Assembly: GCF_001194135.2 (NCBI RefSeq)
Contig: NC_068989.1
Span: 70,598,269 to 70,636,291 of the forward strand
Direction: 5' to 3'
Length of the DNA stretch: 38,023 nt
Origin: Octopus bimaculoides
Taxonomy: Eukaryota
The number at the start of each line of letters is the position of its first letter. Positions within the stretch are counted from its first letter, which is position 1. Positions 37,458-38,023 of this stretch are shown here, piece by piece. The translations under genes and the position numbers were made by a program. The notes under the pieces are model-generated. The model worked only from the letters and a program-made list of their open reading frames with translations. It had not been told where the DNA came from and searched no databases.

Positions 37458-37863
37458 ATATATATATANNNNNNNNNNNNNNNNNNNNNNNNNNNNNNNN
37501 NNNNNNNNNNNNNNNNNNNTTTAACTTCTTTCAGTTTTTGGACTGCTAGAGTTTAGTCAAACAAATCAACCCGACTACTTATTTTTTCTTAAGCCTGGTG
37601 CTATTTCTATCAGCCACTTTTTGCTGAATTGTAAAGAAAACAACGCTGACTGTCAAGTGGAGAAAAAACACAAAAATGCATTTGCATGCAAGCACACACA
37701 CACATACATGCGATAAGCTTCTTTTAGTTTATCCATCAAATCCATTCCCAAGGCTTTATTCAGCCTGGGATTACAGTAGAAGACACTTGTCCAACATGCC
37801 ATGCAGTGGGACTGAATCTGGAACCGTGTGGTTGGGAAGCAAACTTCTTACCACACAGTACAC

Positions 37864-37899
<36 letters not shown>

Positions 37900-38023
37900 A
37901 GGTCACTGGATTTGAATTGATTTGTTTGTTTACATTCTGAAAGAAAATACCGATGGTAGGTTGCGTGCCGTCGATTATTCTTTCACCCTCTCGGATGATG
38001 TGTGTGTTTTGCTAATAATAGTA

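Overview
AT-rich, microsatellite- and SINE-dense animal genomic DNA with several N-gaps. The SINE/DNA-transposon repertoire looks like that of octopod cephalopods (inference from recalled repeats, no search run). The only host gene I can support is an MTSS1/MIM-type I-BAR (IMD) gene on the minus strand. Five consecutive exons (25085-25001, 16307-16216, 14664-14590, 12583-12426, 10304-~10197) splice in frame to GATREMGSSLTRLCMRHRSIENKIKTLASTITENLVAPLQEKMEEWKRNVAHLDKEHAKEYKKASQEIKKCAADTIRLQKKVKKGKSDIQSRLESALQDVNDKYLVLEETEKNAVRTALIEERSRFCMFVTCFKPFVEWEISLLTEITHLKEVMDNLSKQSSDPHTLPAASE. I could not find the canonical 5' exons or the downstream exons. The rest is intronic: tRNA-derived SINEs, mariner and DD37D (maT) relics, MITEs and LINE fragments. 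Main hunt result: two unrelated non-coding elements in the introns carry minimal type I hammerhead ribozymes of the Penelope-like (palindromic stem III) kind. One is a tRNA-headed SINE with a hammerhead tail, inserted as a head-to-head inverted dimer. The other is a ~351-bp-period retrozyme-like partial tandem whose inversion breakpoint lies next to the predicted cleavage site. Also noted: a sharp CpG-density boundary near 28.5 kb with a candidate internal first exon, and a candidate 15-nt microexon.
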